A stretch of DNA of 63,984 bases, the filler included, from Octopus bimaculoides (Eukaryota), in NCBI RefSeq assembly GCF_001194135.2. It is 6 parts of 6 records of this genome, joined end to end, with 100 filler letters (N's around TTAATTAATTAA, not from the genome) between each part and the next. Parts side by side here need not be neighbours in the genome. Positions count along the whole stretch, not along the records: positions 45,557 to 52,887 come from NC_068981.1; positions 52,988 to 59,356 come from NC_069007.1; 4 more parts are not named here. The stretch is one strand, 5' to 3'. Positions 46,556 through 59,227 of this stretch are shown one piece after another (position 1 is the first letter of the stretch; every line of letters starts with the position of its first letter). The notes beneath the pieces were generated by a model. That model made no database searches and was not told the DNA's origin. It saw only the letters and a program-made list of their open reading frames with translations. The position numbers and the translations under genes were made by a program.

Positions 46556-49489
46556 NNNNNNNNNNNNNNNNNNNNNNNNNNNNNNNNNNNNNNNNNNNNN
46601 NNNNNNNNNNNNNNNNNNNNNNNNNNNNNNNNNNNNNNNNNNNNNNNNNNNNNNNNNNNNNNNNNNNNNNNNNNNNNNNNNNNNNNNNNNNNNNNNNNNN
46701 NNNNNNNNNNNNNNNNNNNNNNNNNNNNNNNNNNNNNNNNNNNNNNNNNNNNNNNNNNNNNNNNNNNNNNNNNNNNNNNNNNNNNNNNNNNNNNNNNNNN
46801 NNNNNNNNNNNNNNNNNNNNNNNNNNNNNNNNNNNNNNNNNNNNNNNNNNNNNNNNNNNNNNNNNNNNNNNNNNNNNNNNNNNNNNNNNNNNNNNNNNNN
46901 NNNNNNNNNNNNNNNNNNNNNNNNNNNNNNNNNNNNNNNNNNNNNNNNNNNNNNNNNNNNNNNNNNNNNNNNNNNNNNNNNNNNNNNNNNNNNNNNNNNN
47001 NNNNNNNNNNNNNNNNNNNNNNNNNNNNNNNNNNNNNNNNNNNNNNNNNNNNNNNNNNNNNNNNNNNNNNNNNNNNNNNNNNNNNNNNNNNNNNNNNNNN
47101 NNNNNNNNNNNNNNNNNNNNNNNNNNNNNNNNNNNNNNNNNNNNNNNNNNNNNNNNNNNNNNNNNNNNNNNNNNNNNNNNNNNCACCACCAACACCACCA
47201 CCAACAACAACAACAACACCAACAACAACAACAACAACAACAACGACCAACATTACCACCACCAACACCACCACCACCACAACCACCACCACCACCACCA
47301 CCAACACCAACAACAACAACAACAACGACCAACATTACCACTACAAACACTACCACCGCCAACAACAGCACCAACACCTCTACCACTACCACCGCCACAA
47401 CCGTCATCACCACCGACAATAACAATCATCATAACCACACATCAACACCACCACCGACAGCACCACTACAGCCAACACCAACAACCCCATACCCATTGTC
47501 GACACACACACCCACCACCACTACCACCGCCACTTCCGCCAGCCACAAACACCAGAAAGACCACCACGAACCCTATTACACAATTGTCTACACATCTACA
47601 CCAAAGTGGTAACTTAGCTCCACCACCACCACCACCACCATCAAAACCACCACCACCGAAACTACCACCACCACCATAAAAACGACATCCACCGCCACCA
47701 CCACCACCACCATAAAAAACGACATCCACCGCCACCACCANNNNNNNNNNNNNNNNNNNNNNNNNNNNNNNNNNNNNNNNNNNNNNNNNNNNNNNNNNNN
47801 NNNNNNNGCACCACTACAGCCAACACCAACAACCCCATACCCATTGTCGACACACACACCCACCACCACTACCACCGCCACTTCCGCCAGCCACAAACAC
47901 CAGAAAGACCACCACGAACCCTATTACACAATTGTCTACACATCTACACCAAAGTGGTAACTTAGCTCCACCACCACCACCACCACCATCAAAACCACCA
48001 CCACCGAAACTACCACCACCACCATAAAAACGACATCCACCGCCACCACCACCACCACCATAAAAAACGACATCCACCGCCACCACCATTACATACACAA
48101 TCACCTGGGTAATTCACCACTTACCCCTACTACTATTACCGCCACCCACAACACATTCGTTCGCTGGAGGGGGTGTTTCAGTCGCATTATCTATCATCGA
48201 TTATTATTTTTCTTTTACTTTTAATTGATGTTATTTGGTTTATTTATTTATTTGTTTATTTTGTTTGATTTCTCTTTTCTGTTTTCCGTGTCACATTATT
48301 GTTTGTGAAGTGACTTGTTTTCATTTACCATTGTTTCTTGCAAAATGGATTTGCATACATATATGCATACATATATTCATGCACGCATACATACATACAT
48401 ACACGTACACAGTCATATTTATATAAACGCAAATAAAGGAAACTAGATATACACATATATATGCATATATGTCTGTATATAAATAAATATATGTGTGTGC
48501 GTGTATGTGGATCTATATATATTTACCATACTCACGTATATACATCCATATATATGTATATTTATATATATACACACATACATCACGTAAACCATTGTAT
48601 GCATACATGCATGTATATATATATATATGTATGTATATGTGTGTGTATATATATCTCTGTCTTTGTACACACACACACATTCACGCATATGTACAGAGAG
48701 AGGGGGTGAGAGAAGGAGAGATAAATAGGGAGAGATAGAGAGAGGGATACAATCAAATGTAAAAGTACTCGGTTCATAATGTAGTTTTTGCATATTTTAT
48801 GAAAATCTGAAACTTTTTGAATTGTTAATCTGAGTTTATGTTGCCAACTATTGAAACGATGAATTTAGGAAATCAAAAGTATTCGAAGGCTGCCTGGTCA
48901 ATACTGTATCTGATAGATCTGTTAAATGCAAAAAATATGTAATCATTTTAAGTCCTCAGTGTCATATGTATAAAACACTCGAAAGCAAGGATATTATCAA
49001 CTGTTAATGGATGTTTATTGTTGATGGATGATTGAATCGTTTTCATCATTGATAGCATTGTTTTGAAAGTATAACACATCCGGTGGGACACTTGGATTTT
49101 CACGAATGAATATTGATGCATATATCAGCAGATTTCTCGAATTGCAATATTTAGTTCAAAATTCCACAAGGCCTTACTTGGGTGTTATACTTTACTGAAG
49201 AACAAAGATCGCATCTTTTGGAATCTATAATGTAGAGTGACGCATGATCTATAATTGACAAACCTGGTTTTAATAACAGTTTTTAAAGCTCTCTATATAT
49301 TCGAAGAGTGGGGTATCTTTTTCTGAATGTATCTGTGTATTACATACTGTTTCATACTGGTTCAATACTGGACCGGAATCGATATCACACTAGCACTAAC
49401 CGTGCCTTAGTAATTTCGGACATCACCTGGACAATAGCAGCCCCTCTGGTGTCCAGAAAATATCGATTAATTTCCGTTTCAACAAAGCA

Positions 49490-49715
49490 TCAAATTTAGT
49501 AGTCCATGGGATTTAAATCTAGCGAATTTGGAATCCGCATATTTCGTGTCACATGATCGTAAAGATTGTCTGACATCTATTCTTGGGTTATGTCGACTTT
49601 CTATGAAAGTGCTGAGCCTTGTTGAAGCATGCATGGCTTTGTACTGCGTCCTTCGCCAATCCAGGCTTGACAACTGTCTCCAGGACATCTACGTATCCAG
49701 CAGCATTAATTCTAA
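49490..49715 (-). mobile_element. Tc1/mariner-superfamily transposase remnant
   Basis: Minus strand INAAGYVDVLETVVKP and PNSLDLNPMDY (decayed WPxxSPDLNPxDY). Confidence 0.75.
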
Positions 49716-50891
49716 GATCATGTGTAAAGATATAAGGTGGTATAATATGAAATACCATACTCATCACTTAAAGTATCGCAGTTGCCGGTAACTTAGTGTA
49801 CATCACTCTGAGGATATCCATACACAGAGTCAGCAGTGACTACGTGGTTAACCATGTGGTCTTAGGTTCAGTCCCACTGTACAGCACATTGGGAAAGTGC
49901 TTTCTATTATAGCCTCGGGCCGACAAAAGCATTGTGAGTGGATTTGGTAGAGAGAAACTGAAAGAAACACGTCGTATATAAGTATGTATGTATGTATGTA
50001 TGTATGTATGTGTGTGTGTATGTATGTTTGTATATATGTATTCATGCATGCATGACTGTATATATGTATAGATGTATGCATGCGTGTATGTATGTATATA
50101 TGTATGTATAACTGTATAGATGTATGCATGTATGTATGTAGGTATAGATGTATGCATGTATGCATGTATATATGTGTGTGTGTATATTTGTGTATGTGTA
50201 AATATAAATATGAGTGTGTATGTTTGTGTTGTATTTGTTCAGCATCATCACTTAACAGATTATGTTGGTTTGTTTACATCCAGGTGAACATCACTGTACG
50301 GCAAATGAAAACAGTAGAATAAGCATTAGACTTTTAGAAAAAAGTACTGGGGTCGATTTATTCCAGTAAACACTTCAAGGAATGCTAGAGTATGGCTGCA
50401 GTCCAATGACTGAAAAAGTAAAAGACAAATGATATATAACCCACTATAATATTTTTCTTTAACATTTCTCTACAAGTCAATTTCCTTCTATTTATCACAC
50501 TTTCATTCTACTGTCACTCAGCTGATGCACAGTATATCAATTATTATACATACATACATACATACATACATACATACATAAGTACATACATGCATATATA
50601 CATACATACACGCACACACATATTTGTACATACACATAAATACATAACTATATAACCATCTCATTCTACATATTTCTCTCTCCCTCTCTTTCTCTCTCTC
50701 TCTCCCTTCTTTCTCTCGCTCTCTCCCTCTCTTTCTCTATTTCTCTCTTTCTCTCTCTCTCCCTCTCTTTCTCTCTTTCTCTCTTTCTCCCTTTCCTTCT
50801 CCCTTTCTTTCTCCCTCTCCCTCTCTTTCTCTCTCTCCCCCTTTCTTTCTTTTTTTCTTTCTTTCTTTCTTTCTTTCTTTCNNNNNNNNNN

Positions 50892-50922
<31 letters not shown>

Positions 50923-51924
50923 CTCTTTCTCCCTTCCTTTCTTTCTCTCTCTCCTCCCTCTCTCCCTCTCATACTCCCCACACACCACATACACTCATAT
51001 ATATCTATACACACACTAACATATTTCCGTCGTTCATGCCAATTTTGGTTCTCATCCTTTCTTATTCATCTTTGTTTCCCGTTCTATAAACCAATGTATA
51101 CACGTGTAGATTTCTATCTGCCTCTCTCTATCATTCACCCCCTGTTTCTACCCATCTCTCTATCGCTTCATTTCACTCTGTCTTTTTCTCTCCGTATATT
51201 TTCTCACATTTTCGTTCTTTTCCTTCTCTCAATTATAGAGTATTTCCTTCTCCATTCCTCCCCTTTCAGTAATCACCCAATCCATCTATAATACAAAATA
51301 CTCTATTGCTTACTCTACATCATTCTCATTTATATATTTGTTTCTCCTTTCGTGCCTCTCACTTATTTTCGCCATATTATGCACGTTTTCTTTTCCCTTT
51401 ATTTTCTCTTTTCTCGATCTCTCGCAGCTTCTATTTCTTTCTTTTTGTCCTCTTCTCATTCGCTCTTTATGTTTGTCAAACGACAAAAACCGCATTTTAT
51501 ATAAATGAATGAGCCATCTCTGAGCCGGACCATGTGTATGAAGCTTGTAATTATATGATTATATCGTACTGTTTGTCCTTCGTCTGCCTTTCAGGAATTA
51601 AGTATTGTGCTTACCTCACGCGGCCAGGTGATGACCACGCTTGGAATCTGTCGACTATGAAATATTAATATATGTAAATATTTGATTTGGTGACAGGAAC
51701 AAACATTTTTTGCACGTCTCCACCACGCAACCCCTGCATCATGCAAACAGAATTCTCCCCCCCCCCAACACTAGAGAATTATCGATCTTCTAAATCATTC
51801 GTGCAAGTAAATGCAATCTCGGACAGAGTGTTTATACTCCCTCAAATAAACACACAATACTTATGTATGTATGTATGCATGTATGTATTTATGTATGTAT
51901 GTATGTAAATATGTAAGTGTGTGC

Positions 51925-52003
<79 letters not shown>

Positions 52004-52033
52004 CACATATGTATATATATATATATATGTATG

Positions 52034-52079
<46 letters not shown>

Positions 52080-53092
52080 TATATACATGTGTGTTTATAT
52101 ATATTTATATATATCTTGTGGTTTTATTTTTAAAATTCCCCACCAATGCAAAAAGAGCCGGTTTCCAATCCAGAAACAACACTCTCTCTTTGCAATTTAG
52201 AAAAATGCCCAAGTATATATTAGTGTGGTTTATACATGAACACATATATCTTTTTCTCATACGGGCGAAACTTCCTTAATTTGTTCATATTTCCGAAGTT
52301 TGAAAAATGATATGTAATTTCAATTGTGTCCAAACCGACTTTTATGAAAATTAATTTCTCAAAACATGTAACCTAATAATTACAGGTATAAGTCTAAAGA
52401 TCGGCATTACTCTCTTCATATTGCTTAATACTTTACTATAAATGATATTGCTACCTTACATATTTCACGCTAAAATATTTTTAAACAATGTCCATATAGA
52501 TTGCATATGCCTATAAAGCAAAAAACTGGAACACTGCATAAACCGACGCCCTACTTTGCATATAACAGGAAGCTAACATCGTGCGGTATTCCAATCTGCC
52601 AAATGATTCTGGTTCTTTATAAAACATATTCATTTTCACTCGTAAGCCGATTTTGCACTATATTATGTTCATATAAAAGAATATAGGCAATTAAATTCAT
52701 AGAATTTGAGACTGAGCTTTATGATTATGAGCTGGGAAAGTTTTGTCATTGTCATTGGGGACTCTATAAGACCGTACGTTGAAGCCAACGTTGAAAGCAA
52801 GTCATACATATGTATGGTATATATATATATATAATAATTTTTCTATCGTCTTGGCCTAACAGCCCTATCGTTTCTTTTCACTGTTTTNNNNNNNNNNNNN
52901 NNNNNNNNNNNNNNNNNNNNNNNNNNNNNNNTTAATTAATTAANNNNNNNNNNNNNNNNNNNNNNNNNNNNNNNNNNNNNNNNNNNNCCAAAACATTCAG
53001 TAATACGGATCAAAGCCACGAGTTTTAATACAAATATTTAATCAACACGACGTGGTGCATGCTCTTTCCTTTCGTTTATACCTCTATACAAA

Positions 53093-53124
<32 letters not shown>

Positions 53125-53431
53125 CGTGTATTTGTCTGTCTGTCTATCTATCTACCTATGTTTGTTTGTATGTATGTATGTACGTATGTATGTTTGTATG
53201 TATGAAGATAGGCAGACAAGTAGACACAAATCCATTCGGTTCTGTTATGAAAGATCACGTGTACTTACCAATCAGTATTTACATGTATCTGCAGCCCACC
53301 TCCCTTCTACACACTTCCACACCGCCGCATCTCCGACGCCTTTACTAAGTGTTTAGTATACAAACAACGTTTGCTAACTATAGCCAACCGACCTATCCAT
53401 AATGACATTTCACAAAACATCCATCATCACT

Positions 53432-53471
<40 letters not shown>

Positions 53472-54434
53472 CTCCGTGTCTCTGTCCCCCTCTCACTGTC
53501 TCCTTCTCTGTCTCACTCCTTCACTAACTCAGTTCTCAGTTACACACACTTTCTTTCCTCTCTCTCTCTCTTATGTAATCTTTACCCCTTACCTTCTCCT
53601 TGTCTCTCACTTTCTCTCTCTTTGCATCTCACTCACTCATTCTCCCCTCTGTCTATCTGTCTGTCTCTGTCTGTCTCTCTCTCTCTCTCTCTTTTCCTCT
53701 GCCTCTCTCTCTCTCTTTTTCTCTGCCTCTCTCCCTCTTATATAATCATTACAGCAGTTACTCCTATTTTCTCAGCTGTCTTCCCCGATCTCTTCCCCCC
53801 CCCCNNNNNNNNNNNNNNNNNNNNNNNNNNNNNNNNNNNNNNNNNNNNNNNNNNNNNNNNNNNNNNNNNNNNNNNNNNNNNNNNNNNNNNNNNNNNNNNN
53901 NNNNNNNNNNNNNNNNNNNNNNNNNNNNNNNNNNNNNNNNNNNNNNNNNNNNNNNNNNNNNNNNNNNNNNNNNNNNNNNNNNNNNNNNNNNNNNNNNNNN
54001 NNNNNNNNNNNNNNNNNNNNNNNNNNNNNNNNNNNNNNNNNNNNNNNNNNNNNNNNNNNNNNNNNNNNNNNNNNNNNNNNNNNNNNNNNNNNNNNNNNNN
54101 NNNNNNNNNNNNNNNNNNNNNNNNNNNNNNNNNNNNNNNNNNNNNNNNNNNNNNNNNNNNNNNNNNNNNNNNNNNNNNNNNNNNNNNNNNNNNNNNNNNN
54201 NNNNNNNNNNNNNNNNNNNNNNNNNNNNNNNNNNNNNNNNNNNNNNNNNNNNNNNNNNNNNNNNNNNNNNNNNNNNNNNNNNNNNNNNNNNNNNNNNNNN
54301 NNNNNNNNNNNNNNNNNNNNNNNNNNNNNNNNNNNNNNNNNNNNNNNNNNNNNNNNNNNNNNNNNNNNNNNNNNNNNNNNNNNNNNNNNNNNNNNNNNNN
54401 NNNNNNNNNNNNNNNNNNNNNNNNNNNNNNNNNN

Positions 54435-54471
<37 letters not shown>

Positions 54472-54559
54472 ACACACACAAATACACACATACACACACA
54501 TTGATGCCTTTGGACGTACTGGCACGTACACACAGTATTTCAAAAAAGACCGAAGAAAA

Positions 54560-54960
54560 TACACAGGTATATAAGTAGGACCCTCTGACGTCACTTGTGC
54601 ACCCTAGCCACTTTGTGAAGACCCCTTGGAAGTCCTTCAAGGTGAAGGACTTCCAGGACCTTTTGTCATACCATCCTTCAACTTCTTCAGCTTGGGAAAC
54701 AACCAAAATTCTCTGACTAATTTCTGAACTGTATGGAGGGTGATACGCATCTCTGTCAAGCTGTTGTTTACCTGGATCGAATTGTGAGCTGGTGCATCGT
54801 CCCAGGGTAGATGCTCTGGCCTTTTGCAATGACATTTTTCTTGAACTTTCTCAAAACCTCCACAGGCAGCATTTATTGACCGTCTGACCAGAAGGAACCC
54901 AATGGATGCTAATGACGCCATTTCTGTCAAAAAAGAGGACCATTATGAGCTTGCCAAGAC
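54560..54960 (-). mobile_element. Mariner transposase C-terminal remnant
   Basis: DDAPAHNS...FWLFPKLK and, in another frame, FTLKDFQGVFTKWL...VRGSY. Confidence 0.75.
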
Positions 54961-55311
54961 AGATGCTCGCCTCACACAGGTTAATATATAAGAAGTCTGC
55001 AGTATTTCATAAATCTCTGTAGTGTCTTTGCTAAGTTTCAAAACAAAACATTATTACACAGCTAGTTTCAATGTTGCATTCTGCAAACCAGTCAGCTGTG
55101 ACAAGCAGTATTTAGTAGGATGTGTCCAAAGTGCTTTTACAGCCAACTTCTTCAATATGGATTAACAAAGGTTGGCAGGTCAGCTTATTAGATGCATAGT
55201 AATGCATTATTACAATAATCTAACATTACAATAATGCTAACATTACAATAATCTAAGACAATTATAACGCCTCTCTTAGAATGTCTCAAAAGTTCTGGAA
55301 TGCAACACGTA

Positions 55312-55517
55312 AACAAGGGGGTGGTGAAAACTTCCTGGCCTTAAGGGTATCGCGAAAAGCCGTTCCGAGTTCCTTTACAGGATTTAGAAAAACTCAAGGC
55401 TCGCAGCAATAAATGTGTAAATCTGAGAAGGGAATATACTTAATAAAATCATAATCGACTGATTCTCCTGAATATTCTTTTACCCAAAGACGAAAACTTT
55501 TCAGCACTCTTTCCTAC
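55312..55517. mobile_element. Mariner-derived MITE
   Basis: Imperfect TIRs GGGGGTGGTGAAAACTTCC and AAAACTTTTCAGCACTCT; internal KLKARSNKCVNLRREY resembles a mariner C-terminus. Confidence 0.5.
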
Positions 55518-55518
55518 A

Positions 55519-55554
<36 letters not shown>

Positions 55555-56124
55555 TATATATATNNNNNNNNNNNNNNNNNNNNNNNNNNNNNNNNNNNNN
55601 NNNNNNNNNNNNNNNNNNNNNNNNNNNNNNNNNNNNNNNNNNNNNNNNNNNNNNNNNNNNNNNNNNNNNNNNNNNNNNNNNNNNNNNNNNNNNNNNNNNN
55701 NNNNNNNNNNNNNNNNNNNNNNNNNNNNNNNNNNNNNNNNNNNNNNNNNNNNNNNNNNNNNNNNNNNNNNNNNNNNNNNNNNNNNNNNNNNNNNNNNNNN
55801 NNNNNNNNNNNNNNNNNNNNNNNNNNNNNNNNNNNNNNNNNNNNNNNNNNNNNNNNNNNNNNNNNNNNNNNNNNNNNNNNNNNNNNNNNNNNNNNNNNNN
55901 NNNNNNNNNNNNGCGCAAGAATGTCTGCAAAGTAGGTAGGTTTACCAGTTTTCACTAATCGTAGTTGGTAGTTTGAATATAAACAGATATTTGCTGAAAA
56001 TACCGATATGATGTAAGACACCTTGTTATCTAAACCAACAGGTGAAGCTAATCTCGTGTGTTGGTGATACTAAACAGCAACGCTGAGATACTTGCTCAAT
56101 CCAGAAATGTCTTAGAAGAAAGAA

Positions 56125-56179
<55 letters not shown>

Positions 56180-58082
56180 TGTTTATTCTTAGACAAGAAT
56201 ATTGTTGACAGTGACTTCAAAGCTTCGGCTAGTTAAGTGACGATAGTTTAAGTGACCGACACTTCGATGTCACTGTGCAACAACATTTTTATTTAAAAAT
56301 AAATTTGTACTCTATAATAGCATAAAGTAATCCCTCAGATTAATGTGAAGTTGATTTTTATTATAACTAAACATAAGGCGGCGTGCTGGCAGAAACGTTA
56401 GCACCCCGGGCGGAATGCTTAACGGTATTTCGACTATCTTACGCTCTGAGTTCAAATTCCGTCGAGGTCGATTTTGCCATTCATCTTTTCGGAGTCGATA
56501 AATAAAGTACCAGTTACGCACTGAGGTCGATGTAATCGACTTAATCCTTTTGTTTGTCCCCTCTATGTTTAGCCCCTTGTGGGCAATAAAGAAATAAGAA
56601 ACGTTAGCACGCCAGGCGAAATGCTTAACGGTATTTCGTCTCTCTTTACGTTCTGAGTTCAAATTCCGTCGAGGTCGACTTTGCCTTTCATCCTTTCGGG
56701 GTCGATAAATAAAGTAGCAGTTGCGTACTGGGGTTGATCTACTTGACTAGCACCCCCACTCCAAAAAAAAATAATTTCAGGCCTTGTGCCTAGAGTAAAA
56801 AAGATTATAACTAAACATAAAAACAAACATTAATACACACACACAAACACACATACATATAGATAGATATATATGTATACACACACGCTCACACATACAT
56901 ATATACACATGTGTATTTTTCTGCCTGCGACTGCGCAGTTAATGACGTATGTCAAGCAATGTTGCCAGCAATGAGATACGGGTTAGTGACTGGTGCACAC
57001 ATCTGTTGTGTTTATGTTATGAAAAAAGGTAGGAAGATCGCGGGTGGCTGGTGGAAAGGAATGGCGGGGNNNNNNNNNNNNNNNNNNNNNNNNNNNNNNN
57101 NNNNNNNNNNNNNNNNNNNNNNNNNNNNNNNNNNNNNNNNNNNNNNNNNNNNNNNNNNNNNNNNNNNNNNNNNNNNNNNNNNNNNNNNNNNNNNNNNNNN
57201 NNNNNNNNNNNNNNNNNNNNNNNNNNNNNNNNNNNNNNNNNNNNNNNNNNNNNNNNNNNNNNNNNNNNNNNNNNNNNNNNNNNNNNNNNNNNNNNNNNNN
57301 NNNNNNNNNNNNNNNNNNNNNNNNNNNNNNNNNNNNNNNNNNNNNNNNNNNNNNNNNNNNNNNNNNNNNNNNNNNNNNNNNNNNNNNNNNNNNNNNNNNN
57401 NNNNNNNNNNNNNNNNNNNNNNNNNNNNNNNNNNNNNNNNNNNNNNNNNNNNNNNNNNNNNNNNNNNNNNNNNNNNNNNNNNNNNNNNNNNNNNNNNNNN
57501 NNNNNNNNNNNNNNNNNNNNNNNNNNNNNNNNNNNNNNNNNNNNNNNNNNNNNNNNNNNNNNNNNNNNNNNNNNNNNNNNNNNNNNNNNNNNNNNNNNNN
57601 NNNNNNNNNNNNNNNNNNNNNNNNNNNNNNNNNNNNNNNNNNNNNNNNNNNNNNNNNNNNNNNNNNNNNNNNNNNNNNNNNNNNNNNNNNNNNNNNNNNN
57701 NNNNNNNNNNNNNNNNNNNNNNNNNNNNNNNNNNNNNNNNNNNNNNNNNNNNNNNNNNNNNNNNNNNNNNNNNNNNNNNNNNNNNNNNNNNNNNNNNNNN
57801 NNNNNNNNNNNNNNNNNNNNNNNNNNNNNNNNNNNNNNNNNNNNNNNNNNNNNNNNNNNNNNNNNNNNNNNNNNNNNNNNNNNNNNNNNNNNNNNNNNNN
57901 NNNNNNNNNNNNNNNNNNNNNNNNNNNNNNNNNNNNNNNNNNNNNNNNNNNNNNNTAAACGTCAATATTAATATATAGGCCTGGATGGGGTGAAAATAAT
58001 AAACAGCTGGTCCGGCCATTAATAAATAGCGGCAGTTCACGTGAGAAAACACTCATTAGCCACCAACATTACCACCACCACC

Positions 58083-58116
<34 letters not shown>

Positions 58117-59176
58117 CTACCATTGTCGTCATCATCATCATCATCCTCAACAACAATAACATGAAACATCATCTGATAAGGTTATAAAGATGAGTTAGTC
58201 ATTGTTGTTGATATTATGAAACTATTTAATGTGAGAAACTATTTGTGTTCTGAGTTCCAGAACTGCAGAGGTCGACTCTGCCTGTTACCATTTCCAGTGG
58301 GTCGACAAAATAATGTACCTTTGAAGTACTGGAATAGATCGTATCGATCACTCACGATATCCCTCAGAATTCTTGCCCTTATTCGTAAATCACAAACTAT
58401 GCTCGTCATCAGAGATGCAGTCAGCCACCAAGGGACATGCTCAATTGGTTAAGGTCAAGCAATTGACAAGAAAATCTGTGGTATTGAGCAGGATATTTGC
58501 TGTAGCTCTGTAGACGTTACGTTATTCCAAGTTGGTACATATATCCAATAAAAACTCTACAAGTTGTTTCCAAGCCTAATTAATTCAAAACGAAACGAAA
58601 TATAATCCTTTTGAAATCACAAATTAGGCTTTTCCTCAGGAATTCATTATAGGAATGAATGTGTTCTACCAACAAAAATATAAAGACCTTTACAATAGCC
58701 CAGAAATGAGGAAACGTATTATGATAGAAAGAAATTAACCGAACGCCAAACCGATCAAAAACAGAAAAATATATAAATCCACTTCAGCGTTAATTCAAGT
58801 AACAATTCACAATATGTAAATACTTGTTAACGACGTCTGCAATTACCGTCTATACACAACAAAAAAGAAAATAGACAATCAACCTACAAATGAGTTAATG
58901 AAAAAAATAAACTATTAACTACTAAAAATTATAGAGTTAACTAATTAAAAAATTAAAAACCTATATATTATCAACTAGAACGTAATCAATACAATAATTC
59001 TGTTTTACTTGACCGAAGACATTTTTAAATAAACGAAAGTCTTTCCGTTTGAAATCATATCATTAACTTTGAATTATTGTCCTGACTCTTATTTCTAGCA
59101 ATGCTTAGCACCCTTAGTCACCCTAGTGACGTATATACATGTGCCTCTTGGTTGTAAATTGTGAATAACTCACCTT

Positions 59177-59227
<51 letters not shown>

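Noticed and set aside
47459-48088. Identical 280-bp tandem duplication
   Set aside because: The copies flank an N gap and are identical, so unmerged contig overlap is the simplest explanation; likewise about 63637-63750.
48790-49470. Second host gene or exons in unique-looking DNA (also 36000-37400 and 58500-59150)
   Set aside because: No recognisable protein motif or phase-consistent exon set on either strand; small exons cannot be excluded without transcript data.
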